A DNA stretch of 64,000 bases from Patescibacteria group bacterium (GCA_041660565.1 JBAZWC010000001.1:174481-238480); one strand, 5' to 3'. Shown: positions 9,155-19,915, numbered from the stretch's first letter. The notes: generated by a model not told the origin, from the letters alone. Numbers and translations are program-made.

Positions 9155-9734
9155 ATATCTTCTTACCTAATTCGAACGCAATTAATCCAAAAAATAAGAA
9201 ACCGGCCGCAATAGAAATGATAATATGTGTCTCCGGGTAATTTTGCCAAATTACTAACAGATATTTAGTGATAGTAAGCGAGATAAAACTAAAAATAAAC
9301 GATCCAATAATAGTCCAAATTAGGAACGGCCAAAATGGCATTTGGGCGAATCCGGCAATTAGTGACGACCATGGCCTTACGTAGCCAAAGTTGCGAGTAA
9401 ACAAAATGGTAATTATCCCCCACTTGTCGTACCATTCTTTAATTCGAATTTTGGCATTTTGTAGTTTTTCGTTCCGCTCAAAGAATCTGCGGGTCTTTTT
9501 ATCTCCCCATCGGCCGATAGCGTACCCAAGTATTGCTCCAACAACGTGCCCGAAGGTAATCACTAATACGGCGTAAATATATGTAATCTCACCTTTTGCA
9601 ACCTGATTTTGAGCAATGATAAAACCAATTTCGGTAGGCAGCGGAATGCCCAGATTTTCCACTACCATCACCAAAAAAGCTCCAAACATTCCCCAACCGG
9701 AAACTAAAATTTGAATTGAATGTAGCCAATGCAT
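9126..9734 (-). CDS. DedA/VTT-family membrane protein
   Basis: LGIPLPTEIGFI motif and multi-TM profile. Confidence 0.5.
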   Translation of the reverse strand: MHWLHSIQILVSGWGMFGAFLVMVVENLGIPLPTEIGFIIAQNQVAKGEITYIYAVLVITFGHVVGAILGYAIGRWGDKKTRRFFERNEKLQNAKIRIKEWYDKWGIITILFTRNFGYVRPWSSLIAGFAQMPFWPFLIWTIIGSFIFSFISLTITKYLLVIWQNYPETHIIISIAAGFLFFGLIAFELGKKIYEKFSRHTR

Positions 9735-9738
9735 ATTT

Positions 9739-10548
9739 TTATTTCTGAATAAATAATTCGTTTTGGCGGATAAATGACATTAATAAACTATGTAAAAACG
9801 GGGTGCGAAGCTGAGATTTGTATTGCAAAACCGCTTCGTTTTTCTGATCAATTTGACCTGTGGATAAATTATATTTTAACCACTTATGATCGGCGTCAAT
9901 CAAACTTATTGGAGGTAATAAGGCATTGTTGATATTATAATCTTGCGGGCGAGGAAACGCTTTATAATGTATTAAGTACGAATAAATTTTGACATTAGAA
10001 AGTGAACTTGCTTGATTAATAACGGCCGTGCCGAGTTGGCTATGGTCGGGGTGATCATCAAACGGATCGGTTACAAAGATAATCGTTGGTTTGGTCTGAG
10101 CTAATGTTTCATTGATTGATTTCTCAAGTTGAGCAGAGTATTTTGACAGTTTGGAATCTGGATAGTTGTAAAAAGAGATGTCCGGGCTTAATACTCCTAA
10201 TATGCTTCCAGCTTTGGTGGCTTCGCTACTGCGAGTCTGTTTTAGCCCGCGCTTATTGCCATCAGTGGCAAAAATGATATTTACTTTTGCTCCTGATTCG
10301 GTGGCAGACGCAATATAACCACCAACGCCCAGGGTTTCGTCGTCCTGATGTGGGGCAAAGACATCAATAACGTCGGTTTGGGTAGGAGGTGGCATATTTG
10401 AAAATAGTTCGATAGTGGCTTGGGGTAAACTGCCAAAATAGCGAAAGTAGATTAAATAGCTAAAACCAAGAATTAGGCATATTGCAGCAACAGATCTGAC
10501 TTTACGGCTTTTAGCAAATGATGTGGCTTTGGTATGGACGGAACTCAT
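9739..10548 (-). CDS. PIG-L/LmbE-family N-acetylglucosaminyl deacetylase
   Basis: APHQDDETLG and HPDH motifs, N-terminal TM helix. Confidence 0.65.
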   Translation of the reverse strand: MSSVHTKATSFAKSRKVRSVAAICLILGFSYLIYFRYFGSLPQATIELFSNMPPPTQTDVIDVFAPHQDDETLGVGGYIASATESGAKVNIIFATDGNKRGLKQTRSSEATKAGSILGVLSPDISFYNYPDSKLSKYSAQLEKSINETLAQTKPTIIFVTDPFDDHPDHSQLGTAVINQASSLSNVKIYSYLIHYKAFPRPQDYNINNALLPPISLIDADHKWLKYNLSTGQIDQKNEAVLQYKSQLRTPFLHSLLMSFIRQNELFIQK

Positions 10549-11708
10549 TTATTAGTCACCTTATTATATATTGATTCAAAATTGTCATATGATTTTTCAA
10601 TTTCGTGCTCCTCTACCATTTCTAAACTTCGCACGCCCATTTCTTTTGCTATTTTCTTATTAGCTAAAATTTGTTCGATTTTCTCTGCCATATCGTCAAC
10701 ATCACCGGGTTTAAAAATATACCCATTAACTCCATTTTGCACTAATTCCGGCAATGCGCCAGCGTTGGGGACAACTAGTGGCAGCTCGGAGGCCATTGCC
10801 TCAAGCGCTACAATTCCTTGGGTTTCGATATTTGATCCGGTAACGAATACGCTAGACATCTGGTAAAACTGAGGCAATTCGGTTTGATGGTTAATAAAAC
10901 CAATAAATGCGATATTTTTTGACTCCCCTGCCTCTTGGATGCGTTTTATCAGCTCGTCTTTTCGATTTCCCTCACCACAAACAACCATAAATATGTCATG
11001 CTTTTGGCGCAACTTTATGAATGTTTCAATTACCATCTCGGAGCTTTTATCTTGGTCTAATCTGCCAACGTGAAGGACAATTTGCTTGTCCGGGATGTGG
11101 TATTGTTTCTTAATTTCAGCAAAGTTAAAGCTAGGGAAAAATTGTTCCAAATTTACCCCATTAGAAATCACAATTGCCGGGGTGGTTAATTTGGGATGAT
11201 TAAATTTATTTCGAATGGTTGCAGATGGGAATGTGATGTAGTCGCACCGATTGTAAATATTGACCAAATATTTTTCGATGATCTTAGCCACTTGAGGGTG
11301 CACCGGTTTAAGCAACGGTAAATATGACAAAATGTAGTCAAATGCAAAATGGTTTGTCATTACCACAGGGATATCCAGCTTTTTGGCCATGCGCAAGGTG
11401 GCAACACAGGTTCCCAGCGGATCTTGCAAATGTATTACGTCGGGATGAATTTCTCGCAGCAATTTTCGGATGATGCGATAGCTAAAAATGGTGTTGCGGT
11501 GGTTGGATCGAAATGGATTTTTACGAGATCGGATGCGATGTACTGTTACGTCCCCGTCCATTTCAATTAAGGACTTCATCTTGGTTGAGGGACAAATTAC
11601 ATGTACTTCGTGACCGCGCTTTTGCATACCGAGGGCTAAATATCGTGCAAATACAGATACACCGGAGATGGTGGGTAAATAACTTTCGCTGGCGATTACA
11701 ATTTTCAT
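10545..11708 (-). CDS. Glycosyltransferase family 4 (GT-B)
   Basis: C-terminal E..G..ALEAMASELPLVVPNAGALPELV GT1/GT4 signature. Confidence 0.7.
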   Translation of the reverse strand: MKIVIASESYLPTISGVSVFARYLALGMQKRGHEVHVICPSTKMKSLIEMDGDVTVHRIRSRKNPFRSNHRNTIFSYRIIRKLLREIHPDVIHLQDPLGTCVATLRMAKKLDIPVVMTNHFAFDYILSYLPLLKPVHPQVAKIIEKYLVNIYNRCDYITFPSATIRNKFNHPKLTTPAIVISNGVNLEQFFPSFNFAEIKKQYHIPDKQIVLHVGRLDQDKSSEMVIETFIKLRQKHDIFMVVCGEGNRKDELIKRIQEAGESKNIAFIGFINHQTELPQFYQMSSVFVTGSNIETQGIVALEAMASELPLVVPNAGALPELVQNGVNGYIFKPGDVDDMAEKIEQILANKKIAKEMGVRSLEMVEEHEIEKSYDNFESIYNKVTNK

Positions 11709-12565
11709 TATCTTTTTCCGATCATTTTATCAATAAATGCTGTTAAACTGTCTGTGCCGCTAATGCGTATGCGTGGCAGCTCGTAAAGCGGAGATTTGTC
11801 GCTAGCAAAACCATAAAGCGTGGTAACGGCGCAAATATCACCCGCTTTTTTGACCTCCGAAATTGTGGTTGAGTTATATTTGCCAGCCGGATATGCAAAC
11901 ACTTTGGTGCTCCCGGCGCTCTGACTAATCTCATCGAATTGTTTAGTCGCCGAAATTGAAGCTAAATCTAAGTGATGAACGGTGTGTGCACCAATTTCCA
12001 TACCATTGGTTTGCATGGTTTGAATTTGAGTACTGGTTAGATATCGGGGGTGGTTGGTAAATCCGGAAACAATAAAAAACGTACCAGTCATCTGATATTT
12101 TTGTAACGCGGGCAGCGCGGCCGAATAAGCATCGTCATATCCGTCATCAAAAGTAATCACTACTGGTTTTGTGTCTGTCGAAAAATTGGCGGTGCAAAAG
12201 TTGGTAAGCGATATGGTGTGATAACCATTTTGGTTTAGCCAGCTTAGTTGCTGGTCAAAATTGGATGGCGTAACAGACAGGTTGAATCCGAGCTTGTCTT
12301 TTGGATCGGTGACAGTGCGAATGTAGTGATACATTAAAATTGGCACCGAGTATTTGGTGGCAGTAACCGTTGGGGCAGTGGCTTGGGGTGCTTCGTCTCC
12401 GGTGGTGTAGTGAACAGGTTGTGTGCTAGTAGCAGCGTGATTTTTTTGGTGGTGATAATAACGCGTTGTCCAAAACCCAACCCCAAAAGTAATAACAAAT
12501 ATTAATATTGCTACAATAATCAATAAATTAGGTCGTTCATCGCGACCGTGTTTGTTCTTGCTCAC
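11708..12565 (-). CDS. Polysaccharide deacetylase (NodB homology domain)
   Basis: VVITFDDGYDDAY motif, N-terminal TM helix. Confidence 0.7.
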   Translation of the reverse strand: MSKNKHGRDERPNLLIIVAILIFVITFGVGFWTTRYYHHQKNHAATSTQPVHYTTGDEAPQATAPTVTATKYSVPILMYHYIRTVTDPKDKLGFNLSVTPSNFDQQLSWLNQNGYHTISLTNFCTANFSTDTKPVVITFDDGYDDAYSAALPALQKYQMTGTFFIVSGFTNHPRYLTSTQIQTMQTNGMEIGAHTVHHLDLASISATKQFDEISQSAGSTKVFAYPAGKYNSTTISEVKKAGDICAVTTLYGFASDKSPLYELPRIRISGTDSLTAFIDKMIGKR

Positions 12566-12611
12566 TATAAGTATTTTAACAGAATTTGCGTATTTTAGCC
12601 AAAAATGACCT

Positions 12612-15431
12612 TCATTTACTCATTGACTGGGGGCAGAATTGGGCAAATGGGCAGTATTGGCAAGTAAATTTGCTTGGAGTAGCATCTAACTGCTCTTTTT
12701 CAATCAGGCCGACTATTTTATCTATACGCTCTAGCTGGCGATCAATTTGCTTTTGGGTAACGGTTTTGATGCCAAATAAATTGCTAGAGGGAAAGTACAG
12801 TGCGGTTTGCGGAATAACGTTGTGCGAATTTTGCCAAGCCAACGCGTACAACGTCAGTTGATCGCTGTCTTTGGTCTTGGTGTCTGCATCAGACTGATTC
12901 GTAACCGAACTCGACGTTTTAAAGTCGATAATCAAGGGCAATTTATTGTTCGAGATTGAGCCTAGTCCATTATGATATACTGCATCTATTCGACCGACCA
13001 ATTTGGTGGTGGTCATTTTTACTTCAAATTTATGTTCTATTGAATCAGGAGCCGGTAATTTTGCGAACATTTGATAAAAATTATTAATCTGATTTTGACA
13101 TTCAATTTTCATTTCGGCTTGGTGTTGTGCGTCTAAAAATCCTCGATTATTCCAGTTCAGTTGTAGCCGGTTTTGAAGATCGTCTAATGAGGGTAAGCGA
13201 TTTTGCTGACGCTCGGTAAAAAACCAGGCAAATAATGAGTGCATTAATGAACCCACGTTAGCCGAAAAATCGCTTGGGGCGGCCAGTTTATCTACGCTGA
13301 TAAATTTATATTTTAATGGACAATCATCATAATTTTGTAAAGTGTGCGGGTTGATTGATTTAACTTCAACCGACTTTTTTTGAGGTACAAGGCTTTCCGG
13401 GCTGGTTTCGATCAATTTTGCACTGGTTTCTTCAACTCGCGAAATGTTTGATAGCTCAGAGATAAATCGAGACTCTTTGCGCTCGCGAGTGCCTGATCCG
13501 TAAACCCTTGCTGCGCTCAAGCTAACCTCGTGTTTTGCTCGAGTGATGGCGGTATAAAACAATCGGCGCTCTTCTTTAATAAATTCTTCTGCTTCGTCGA
13601 TTGGATATTTTAGTAAGTCAGATGGAATTATATACCCTCGCTGAATGTTTATTGATGGAAATCTTCCCTCTGCCAAATTGGTGATGTACACGTATGGATA
13701 TTCGGTGCCTTTAGCGGTGTGCACAGTCAGCAGTCTTACTCCCCCACCGGCAATAATTTCTTCCGTTGCGTTGTCGGACAAAATAGTAGATAAATTTTCT
13801 ATAAAATGGAGCAGCTTATTATCAGATGAAAGCGATTCAAAGCGCTGTACGGCCGAAGTTAGGCTAAATAATCCGGTAACAATTTGGCTTGGGTCTTGAT
13901 ACATATCAGACGAGTTAAAAAACTCGGCGCGTTTTTTATACCAATTTAATATCAAATCCGAAGTTTTTAAGTGGTGAAGCTGTTTACGCGCCCACGCAAT
14001 ATCATCCAGTAAGTTTTGACAACTTTGCGTTAGTTTTTCATCACGGGCCACAATTTCTTCGATCGGCGTGTGAGTAGATTTGGTTTCGGATAAGGCGTAG
14101 ATTAATTTCTCGGGATTGATTTTATAAATCGGTGATGTTGCCAAGAAGAAAAACGGCAAAAACTGATGCGGGTCAGCTACCACTTGGCAGTAATAAACAA
14201 TCAGCTTGACTATAGGGTCGTCCATTAGACCAGCTTCGGTTTTGGTGATGAATGGGATTTGTGCCGAGGTCAGTTTTTCAGCAAAGATGCGGGATTGATT
14301 GTTGGTGCGAACCAAAACACAGCAGTCTTCCGGCTCAGCTCCGGCTTTAATCTTGGCGGTAATATCTGAGACAACCCACCTAGCCTCTTCATTTTCAGTT
14401 AGAAATGATCGAAGTGGAATGGCGGATGAGGAGCCATGTCGAGATGACACTTGCGAGCGAAGTCGCTTATCGATTTTGGCCGAAACTTCTAGCCGATCCG
14501 GGTTGTTGTGTTGAATCAGGGCGTAAGCGTTGTCTAAAATAAATTGAGGCGAGCGAAAATTATCAATTAAGGTTACAATTTTGCAATTTTGATAATGAGT
14601 ACGAAATTGTTCCATTTGCCCGGTTGTGGCGCCACGAAATCGATAAATCGATTGGTCGTCATCCCCCACTACCGTGATGTTGTGCTTTGCCGGGGCAAGC
14701 AATTTGACTATCTCGGTTTGGGCCACATTGGTGTCTTGGTATTCATCCACTAAAATATATTGATATGTTTGACGAAGCTGTGTGGTTACATTTGGGTGGT
14801 CTGACAACAGTTCGTAAGTTTTCATTAGTAAATCGCCATAATCCAAAAAATTATTGCTAAGCAGTAAGTCTTGATAAATCTGATACGCTTGGGCGAGTTC
14901 TTGTAGTTCGATGTTCTCGGGCGACTCATTGGCAAAGTCCAGTAACTTATTAGGGGAAATCAGCTCGTCTTTGCAACGCGAGAAAAAGTTTAACATTGGT
15001 TCAATCTTAACTGTTGGGTTAGACAGCGGTCTTAAATCGCCTGCCGGAAATTTTGTAATATGACTTTTGACAAATAGTTTTTGTTCAAGATCGGTTAAAA
15101 GCCTGGTAGATTCTGAGATGTTAGTGTATTGGCTAAACTGGCGCAAAATCTGCTGGCTAAAGCCATGAAAGGTGCTAATGGTGACACCAAAAACTCCAAG
15201 CGGTAATAAAATATCGACGCGCTCAGACATCTCCTTGGCCGCTTTTTCGGTAAACGTTAAGGCCAAGATGTTTTCCGGTTTGACGCCACTATCCACCAAG
15301 TAGGCAATTTTGGTGGTGATAACGGTGGTTTTACCTGTTCCGGCACCGGCAATGATCATCATTGGTCCCTGTTGGTGCTTCACCGCCGCAATTTGGTCTG
15401 GTGTTAGTTTGGAAAGATAATCATTATTCAT
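12612..15431 (-). CDS. UvrD/PcrA-family helicase fused to a C-terminal PD-(D/E)XK (RecB/Cas4-like) nuclease with Cys cluster
   Basis: AGAGTGKT Walker A at the N-terminus. 939 aa. C-terminal CQYCPFAQFCPQ iron-sulfur-type cysteines. Confidence 0.75.
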   Translation of the reverse strand: MNNDYLSKLTPDQIAAVKHQQGPMMIIAGAGTGKTTVITTKIAYLVDSGVKPENILALTFTEKAAKEMSERVDILLPLGVFGVTISTFHGFSQQILRQFSQYTNISESTRLLTDLEQKLFVKSHITKFPAGDLRPLSNPTVKIEPMLNFFSRCKDELISPNKLLDFANESPENIELQELAQAYQIYQDLLLSNNFLDYGDLLMKTYELLSDHPNVTTQLRQTYQYILVDEYQDTNVAQTEIVKLLAPAKHNITVVGDDDQSIYRFRGATTGQMEQFRTHYQNCKIVTLIDNFRSPQFILDNAYALIQHNNPDRLEVSAKIDKRLRSQVSSRHGSSSAIPLRSFLTENEEARWVVSDITAKIKAGAEPEDCCVLVRTNNQSRIFAEKLTSAQIPFITKTEAGLMDDPIVKLIVYYCQVVADPHQFLPFFFLATSPIYKINPEKLIYALSETKSTHTPIEEIVARDEKLTQSCQNLLDDIAWARKQLHHLKTSDLILNWYKKRAEFFNSSDMYQDPSQIVTGLFSLTSAVQRFESLSSDNKLLHFIENLSTILSDNATEEIIAGGGVRLLTVHTAKGTEYPYVYITNLAEGRFPSINIQRGYIIPSDLLKYPIDEAEEFIKEERRLFYTAITRAKHEVSLSAARVYGSGTRERKESRFISELSNISRVEETSAKLIETSPESLVPQKKSVEVKSINPHTLQNYDDCPLKYKFISVDKLAAPSDFSANVGSLMHSLFAWFFTERQQNRLPSLDDLQNRLQLNWNNRGFLDAQHQAEMKIECQNQINNFYQMFAKLPAPDSIEHKFEVKMTTTKLVGRIDAVYHNGLGSISNNKLPLIIDFKTSSSVTNQSDADTKTKDSDQLTLYALAWQNSHNVIPQTALYFPSSNLFGIKTVTQKQIDRQLERIDKIVGLIEKEQLDATPSKFTCQYCPFAQFCPQSMSK

Positions 15432-15471
15432 ACTACTAAGTTAGTCCAAATACCAACATTCCACAATCTAG

Positions 15472-15506
15472 AATTGGACTAATTGGATTGATTGGCTTAA
15501 TTGGAG
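15472..15506 (-). promoter_or_regulatory. Tandem CCAAT array (9-bp period) upstream of the helicase-nuclease gene
   Basis: Minus strand reads CCAATtaagCCAATcaatCCAATtagtCCAAT. Similar arrays at 22608, 26432, 27601 and 53556. Confidence 0.4.
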
Positions 15507-15526
15507 GCCCGGATGAATTATTTTAA

Positions 15527-15862
15527 TTAGATTAGTTTGTCAAAATGTTCTTGAATGACGGTTTTGGGGAGGGCGCCTACGGTAGTATCTACCACTTCCC
15601 CATCTTTAAAGAATAGTACGGTTGGAATACTCATTACGCCAAATTTTTCGGCCATTTTATTATTATCATCTACGTCTAATTTACAAACTTTAATTTTACC
15701 GGCGTATTCTGCCGCTAACGCATCGATAATTGGCGATAATACTCGACAAGGTTGGCACCAGGTGGCCCAGCAGTCAACTACTACGGGGAATTTACTTTTG
15801 AGAACAATTTGGTCAAAAGTGTCGTCGGTGACTACGACTACGTGCTGGGTTGCTTCGGGCAT
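15527..15862 (-). CDS. trxA: Thioredoxin
   Basis: WATWCQPCR active site, 111 aa. Confidence 0.85.
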   Translation of the reverse strand: MPEATQHVVVVTDDTFDQIVLKSKFPVVVDCWATWCQPCRVLSPIIDALAAEYAGKIKVCKLDVDDNNKMAEKFGVMSIPTVLFFKDGEVVDTTVGALPKTVIQEHFDKLI

Positions 15863-15911
15863 ATTCTCTCCTTGTTATTTTTTTCGTACGTTGTAATGAT
15901 ACCTTATTTTG

Positions 15912-16379
15912 TTAGGTTGATGCAATTACTTCGTCTGATTTGCTTAAGGAGTCGATTTTAGTTGATTTGGATTTATCAAACTTGGCTGTTAGATAGTTTA
16001 GAACATAATTAGTTAGATTTTGGGGGTCGCGATCGTCAATGGTCATTGATGTACTTGGCAGTAATGTGATGTTATTTTGCAATAGTTCAGATACGGTTTG
16101 ACACCACAAATTAATAAATCGAATTTCGACAAAATTAGCAGAATCAAGATCAATAAATATCATATATGGTATGATATTTTCTGATAATCCGACAATTAAT
16201 TTTCCTTGCCACCCTGAAATATCAAAAGTATGAATAATCGCTTTTTGGTCAGTTTCGGCAACGTCAATCGGTTTTTTTATCTCATCGTCAACAAATAAGC
16301 GCTCGTTATCACTATCGGCTTCAGTGATAGTCGATTTTAAAGCTTCTGGTTGAGTTAAGATATTGATCGGACTGGCCAT
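15912..16379 (-). CDS. Hypothetical protein downstream of ftsZ
   Basis: ORF only; position in the ftsAZ operon. Confidence 0.3.
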   Translation of the reverse strand: MASPINILTQPEALKSTITEADSDNERLFVDDEIKKPIDVAETDQKAIIHTFDISGWQGKLIVGLSENIIPYMIFIDLDSANFVEIRFINLWCQTVSELLQNNITLLPSTSMTIDDRDPQNLTNYVLNYLTAKFDKSKSTKIDSLSKSDEVIAST

Positions 16380-16381
16380 TA

Positions 16382-17587
16382 TTATTTGAGTTTTCGACGG
16401 ATGAATGCAGGTACGTCTAGCTGGTCATTGTCTTGGTCGTTAGTAGAATCGGTTGGGGTTTCGGTGGGCGTTTCCGATGCGCCTTGGTGTAATCCGAAAC
16501 GATCCATGGCCTCGGTTAACGGGGTTGGTTCTCTTTGGGCTTGAGGCTGTTGGTTATAATTGCCTAAAGTTGATCGGTTTGGTTGCATTGGGATTTGAGA
16601 GGTGCCGCCCAAGCCTGGTTTTTTCACCGGACGCGGAAGTTCGCCTTCAAAACCGGTGGCAATAACGGTGATTTTAACTTCACCGGACATGGCGTCATCA
16701 ATTATTGCGCCAAAGATAATATTTGCGTCTGGGTCGGCGGCTTCGGTAATGGCCTTAGCGGCTTCATCTATTTCATACATTCCGAGGTCAGGGCCGCCGG
16801 TAATGTTAAACAGAATACCTTTGGCGCCATCAATAGATAGCTCCAAAAGTGGGCTTTCGATTGCGGCTCGAGCAGCCTCGATAGCACGATTATCACCCGA
16901 TCCACGCCCAATACCCATCAAAGCAGACCCGGCATCGGACATAATGGCGCGAACATCGGCAAAGTCAACGTTAATAATGCCATGAAGCGTAATTAAATCG
17001 GAAATACCCTGCACACCTTGGCGTAGCACATCATCTACAATGCCAAATGCGTCTGACAGTGAGGTCTTTTTGTCGATGACTTGTAGCAAACGGTCATTTG
17101 GGATGGTGATAAGCGTGTCCACATTGCCTTTTAGCTCGTCGATGCCCGCTTCGGCGATTTTACGGCGGCGTTGGCCTTCAAAGCTAAATGGCTTGGTTAC
17201 AACACCAACGGTTAACGCGCCTAACTCTCTAGCGATGCTGGCAACGATTGGCGCGGCTCCCGTTCCGGTTCCGCCACCGGCGCCGTAGGTAACAAATACC
17301 ATATCGGCCCCTTTTAGGGCTTCATAAATCTCGTCTTTGTTTTCTTCGATCGCTCGGCGACCAACCTCTGGGTCTGCACCGGAGCCAAGACCTCGTGTAG
17401 AGTCTTTGCCAATTTGAATTTTAATACTGGCGTCACTGTGCCCAAGGGCTTGCGCGTCTGTATTAATACAAACAAACTCAATACTACGAAGTTTTGAGTT
17501 TATCATTCGATTTATGGCCGACCCCCCTGATCCACCAACACCCACTACCTTTATGACCGCGAAATTATCTGACTCTCGTTTTTCCAT
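16382..17587 (-). CDS. ftsZ: Cell division GTPase FtsZ
   Basis: [10 protein letters not shown] tubulin signature. Confidence 0.9.
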   Translation of the reverse strand: MEKRESDNFAVIKVVGVGGSGGSAINRMINSKLRSIEFVCINTDAQALGHSDASIKIQIGKDSTRGLGSGADPEVGRRAIEENKDEIYEALKGADMVFVTYGAGGGTGTGAAPIVASIARELGALTVGVVTKPFSFEGQRRRKIAEAGIDELKGNVDTLITIPNDRLLQVIDKKTSLSDAFGIVDDVLRQGVQGISDLITLHGIINVDFADVRAIMSDAGSALMGIGRGSGDNRAIEAARAAIESPLLELSIDGAKGILFNITGGPDLGMYEIDEAAKAITEAADPDANIIFGAIIDDAMSGEVKITVIATGFEGELPRPVKKPGLGGTSQIPMQPNRSTLGNYNQQPQAQREPTPLTEAMDRFGLHQGASETPTETPTDSTNDQDNDQLDVPAFIRRKLK

Positions 17588-17701
17588 TGCGTCTCCTTTG
17601 TGGCCGATTCGGCAAATCTAGGAAAACGCCCCACCGTATCCTTGCGCCTTAATGCCAGCTTAAGCTAGATCACCCGAATCTAGCAAAATTAAGCCTTATA
17701 T

Positions 17702-18961
17702 TTAGGGTATAAATTGTTTGAAAAACCCTCGGGCTTTATCTACCACGGCTCCAACCTTAGTAAAATCTGCCCGATTGTTGGGTTTGAGTGAAGTATGGTT
17801 ATCCACATTCCACATCATTAGTCCAACACTGGTAGAATAGAGAGGATCATTCAATTTGTCAACCATCCCCGATAATGGAAGCTGTGGCCGACCAATACTG
17901 GCAGGCAAACGGAGCGTTTCTTTAACCAAATCAGTCAGTCCGCTAATCTGACAACCGCCACCGGTTAGCACTACCCCGGCGGGTAATAAACCGTCACGTC
18001 CGACGTTTCTTAATTCATCGCGCACCATTAGCAATATCTCGTTTAGTCTGGCTTCGATAATTTCGGAAACGTATTTTAGGCTAACAGTCTCGTTGTCATA
18101 ATCGCTCAGTGTACTTAGATCTAGCTGATCTTTGTCGTTGTATTGATCTGCTTTCGCCGCGCCGTGACTAATTTTGATTTTCTCTGCGGTATCAATTGAT
18201 GTGCGTAAACCGATTGCGATGTCGTTAGTAATGTTATTCGAGCCCAATGGAATGGCGGCGGTGTGCAGCACATCCCCTTCTTCAAAAATGGTCAAGGTGG
18301 TGGTTTGGGCGCCGATGTCGAGTAAAACCACTCCAAGTTCGGACTGTTTTTTAGTGATCAATGCTTTGGCAGTAGCAAGCGGCGAATAAACAATCTCTTG
18401 AATATCGATGCCAGATTGAAAAACGCATTTGGTCAAATTCTTAATTGCCATTGTGGCGCAAGAAATGATCACCGCTTCGGTTTCCAATCTAATTCCACTC
18501 ATCCCTACCGGATCACTAACGCCATCTGCGCTATCAACAGTGAACTGTCTGGGGATAATATGCAAAATGTCGCGATTCGGGGTGTTTGGCAGTACTTTGG
18601 CGGCTTGAATCACCCGATCCACATCGTGCTCAGAAATTTCGCCGTCTGCCCTAGAAATAGCAATGACGCCTTTTGAAATTGTGGATTGAATATGAGGGCC
18701 GGTGATGCCAATTACGGCGGTGGTTATTGGCGCGCCGCACATCTGCTCGGCTTCTTCCAGCGCTTGTGAAATGGAGCTGACTGTTTCTTCGATATCAACT
18801 ACCATCCCTTTGCGAGTGCCGGATGAAGGCGAATAACCTAAACCAATAATATCAACGATACCGTCTTGGAATTGTCCGACGCACGTTGCAATTTTGGTGC
18901 TTCCAACATCTAAACCAGCAATAATAGTACGCTTGGCTGTAGCGATACTGTCCTCCATCAA
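17702..18961 (-). CDS. ftsA: Cell division protein FtsA
   Basis: Actin-like ATPase fold, directly upstream of ftsZ. Confidence 0.85.
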   Translation of the reverse strand: MMEDSIATAKRTIIAGLDVGSTKIATCVGQFQDGIVDIIGLGYSPSSGTRKGMVVDIEETVSSISQALEEAEQMCGAPITTAVIGITGPHIQSTISKGVIAISRADGEISEHDVDRVIQAAKVLPNTPNRDILHIIPRQFTVDSADGVSDPVGMSGIRLETEAVIISCATMAIKNLTKCVFQSGIDIQEIVYSPLATAKALITKKQSELGVVLLDIGAQTTTLTIFEEGDVLHTAAIPLGSNNITNDIAIGLRTSIDTAEKIKISHGAAKADQYNDKDQLDLSTLSDYDNETVSLKYVSEIIEARLNEILLMVRDELRNVGRDGLLPAGVVLTGGGCQISGLTDLVKETLRLPASIGRPQLPLSGMVDKLNDPLYSTSVGLMMWNVDNHTSLKPNNRADFTKVGAVVDKARGFFKQFIP

Positions 18962-19097
18962 TTATATATTCATTATAATAGAAAAGATGACCAAATGCCA
19001 AATATCATGATGCGCCAAACATTAATATAATTCGAAATTAGAAACACGAAACAAATCCTAAATTCAAAATCTAAAAAATAAAAATTGTGATTTAAGA

Positions 19098-19142
19098 TTT
19101 CGGTGCTTATTTCGTGCTTCGATATTCGTGCTTAGTGCTTTT
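19098..19142. repeat. GTGCTT direct-repeat cluster (copy 2 of the GTGCTTCGA family)
   Basis: tcggtgcttatttcgtgcttcgatattcgtgcttagtgctt. Confidence 0.4.
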
Positions 19143-19146
19143 GGTG

Positions 19147-19551
19147 TTAGTACATCAATGTTTCAAACAGCTCTTTAACGTATGGGTAAAAGATGAGCAC
19201 GGCCACCACAGCGGCAATAAAGGCAGCAATTAGTACGGCCCCGGCAAGCGCGTCTTTAACCTCACCGATAACGGAATGGCTATCCGGATGCAAAAAATCG
19301 AGAATTTTCTCGATTGCGGTATTAATAATTTCTAAAGCAAAAACCATAGTCACAGCGATAAAAATAATCATCGCCTCAACCCTGGTGATGTGAAAAGCCA
19401 CGGATAAGAAGAATGCCAAAACTGCTGCTGTTAAATGAATACGAGCGTTTTGTTCAGTGCGTAAAAGATGTTTAACCCCTTTGATGGCGTAGCCAAAACT
19501 CTTTAACAATGTCTTGCCATCTATCCCATTCACCGGTTCTTTCATGGTCAT
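19147..19551 (-). CDS. dgkA: Diacylglycerol/undecaprenol kinase (DgkA family)
   Basis: About 130 aa, three TM helices, LKSFGYAIKGVKHLLRTEQN resembles the DgkA N-terminus. The start overlaps the ybeY 3' end and is uncertain. Confidence 0.6.
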   Translation of the reverse strand: MTMKEPVNGIDGKTLLKSFGYAIKGVKHLLRTEQNARIHLTAAVLAFFLSVAFHITRVEAMIIFIAVTMVFALEIINTAIEKILDFLHPDSHSVIGEVKDALAGAVLIAAFIAAVVAVLIFYPYVKELFETLMY

Positions 19552-19912
19552 ATCCTATCAAATGAATTAATCCGTGTAGCGTCATATCTATCATACTCTC
19601 ATTTTTAGCGAAACAAAAGCTAGGGCAAATAGAAATCGAGCCGATTATGTATGGCGATGTTTGGCGTTTTATCTCTGCCAAATTTGAAAATATGGGAAAA
19701 CTGAGCACGTCGGTTACTTTATCCACATGGCGATGCTTCTTGTTTAGAGTACGCATACGCATTGTGCCGACAAAATTGATTTCAACGATAACGTTTCCAG
19801 AAATCGATAGATCATTAAGAAAATCAAAAATCAACTGCTTAATTTCTAGCTCATTGGGCGTGTAATGGGTGGAATTAGATATTTCTACACTAATTGATAA
19901 ATCATTACGCAT
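19472..19912 (-). CDS. ybeY: rRNA maturation endoribonuclease YbeY
   Basis: HGLIHLIGYDHE zinc-binding motif. Confidence 0.8.
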   Translation of the reverse strand: MRNDLSISVEISNSTHYTPNELEIKQLIFDFLNDLSISGNVIVEINFVGTMRMRTLNKKHRHVDKVTDVLSFPIFSNLAEIKRQTSPYIIGSISICPSFCFAKNESMIDMTLHGLIHLIGYDHERTGEWDRWQDIVKEFWLRHQRG

Positions 19913-19915
19913 ATA

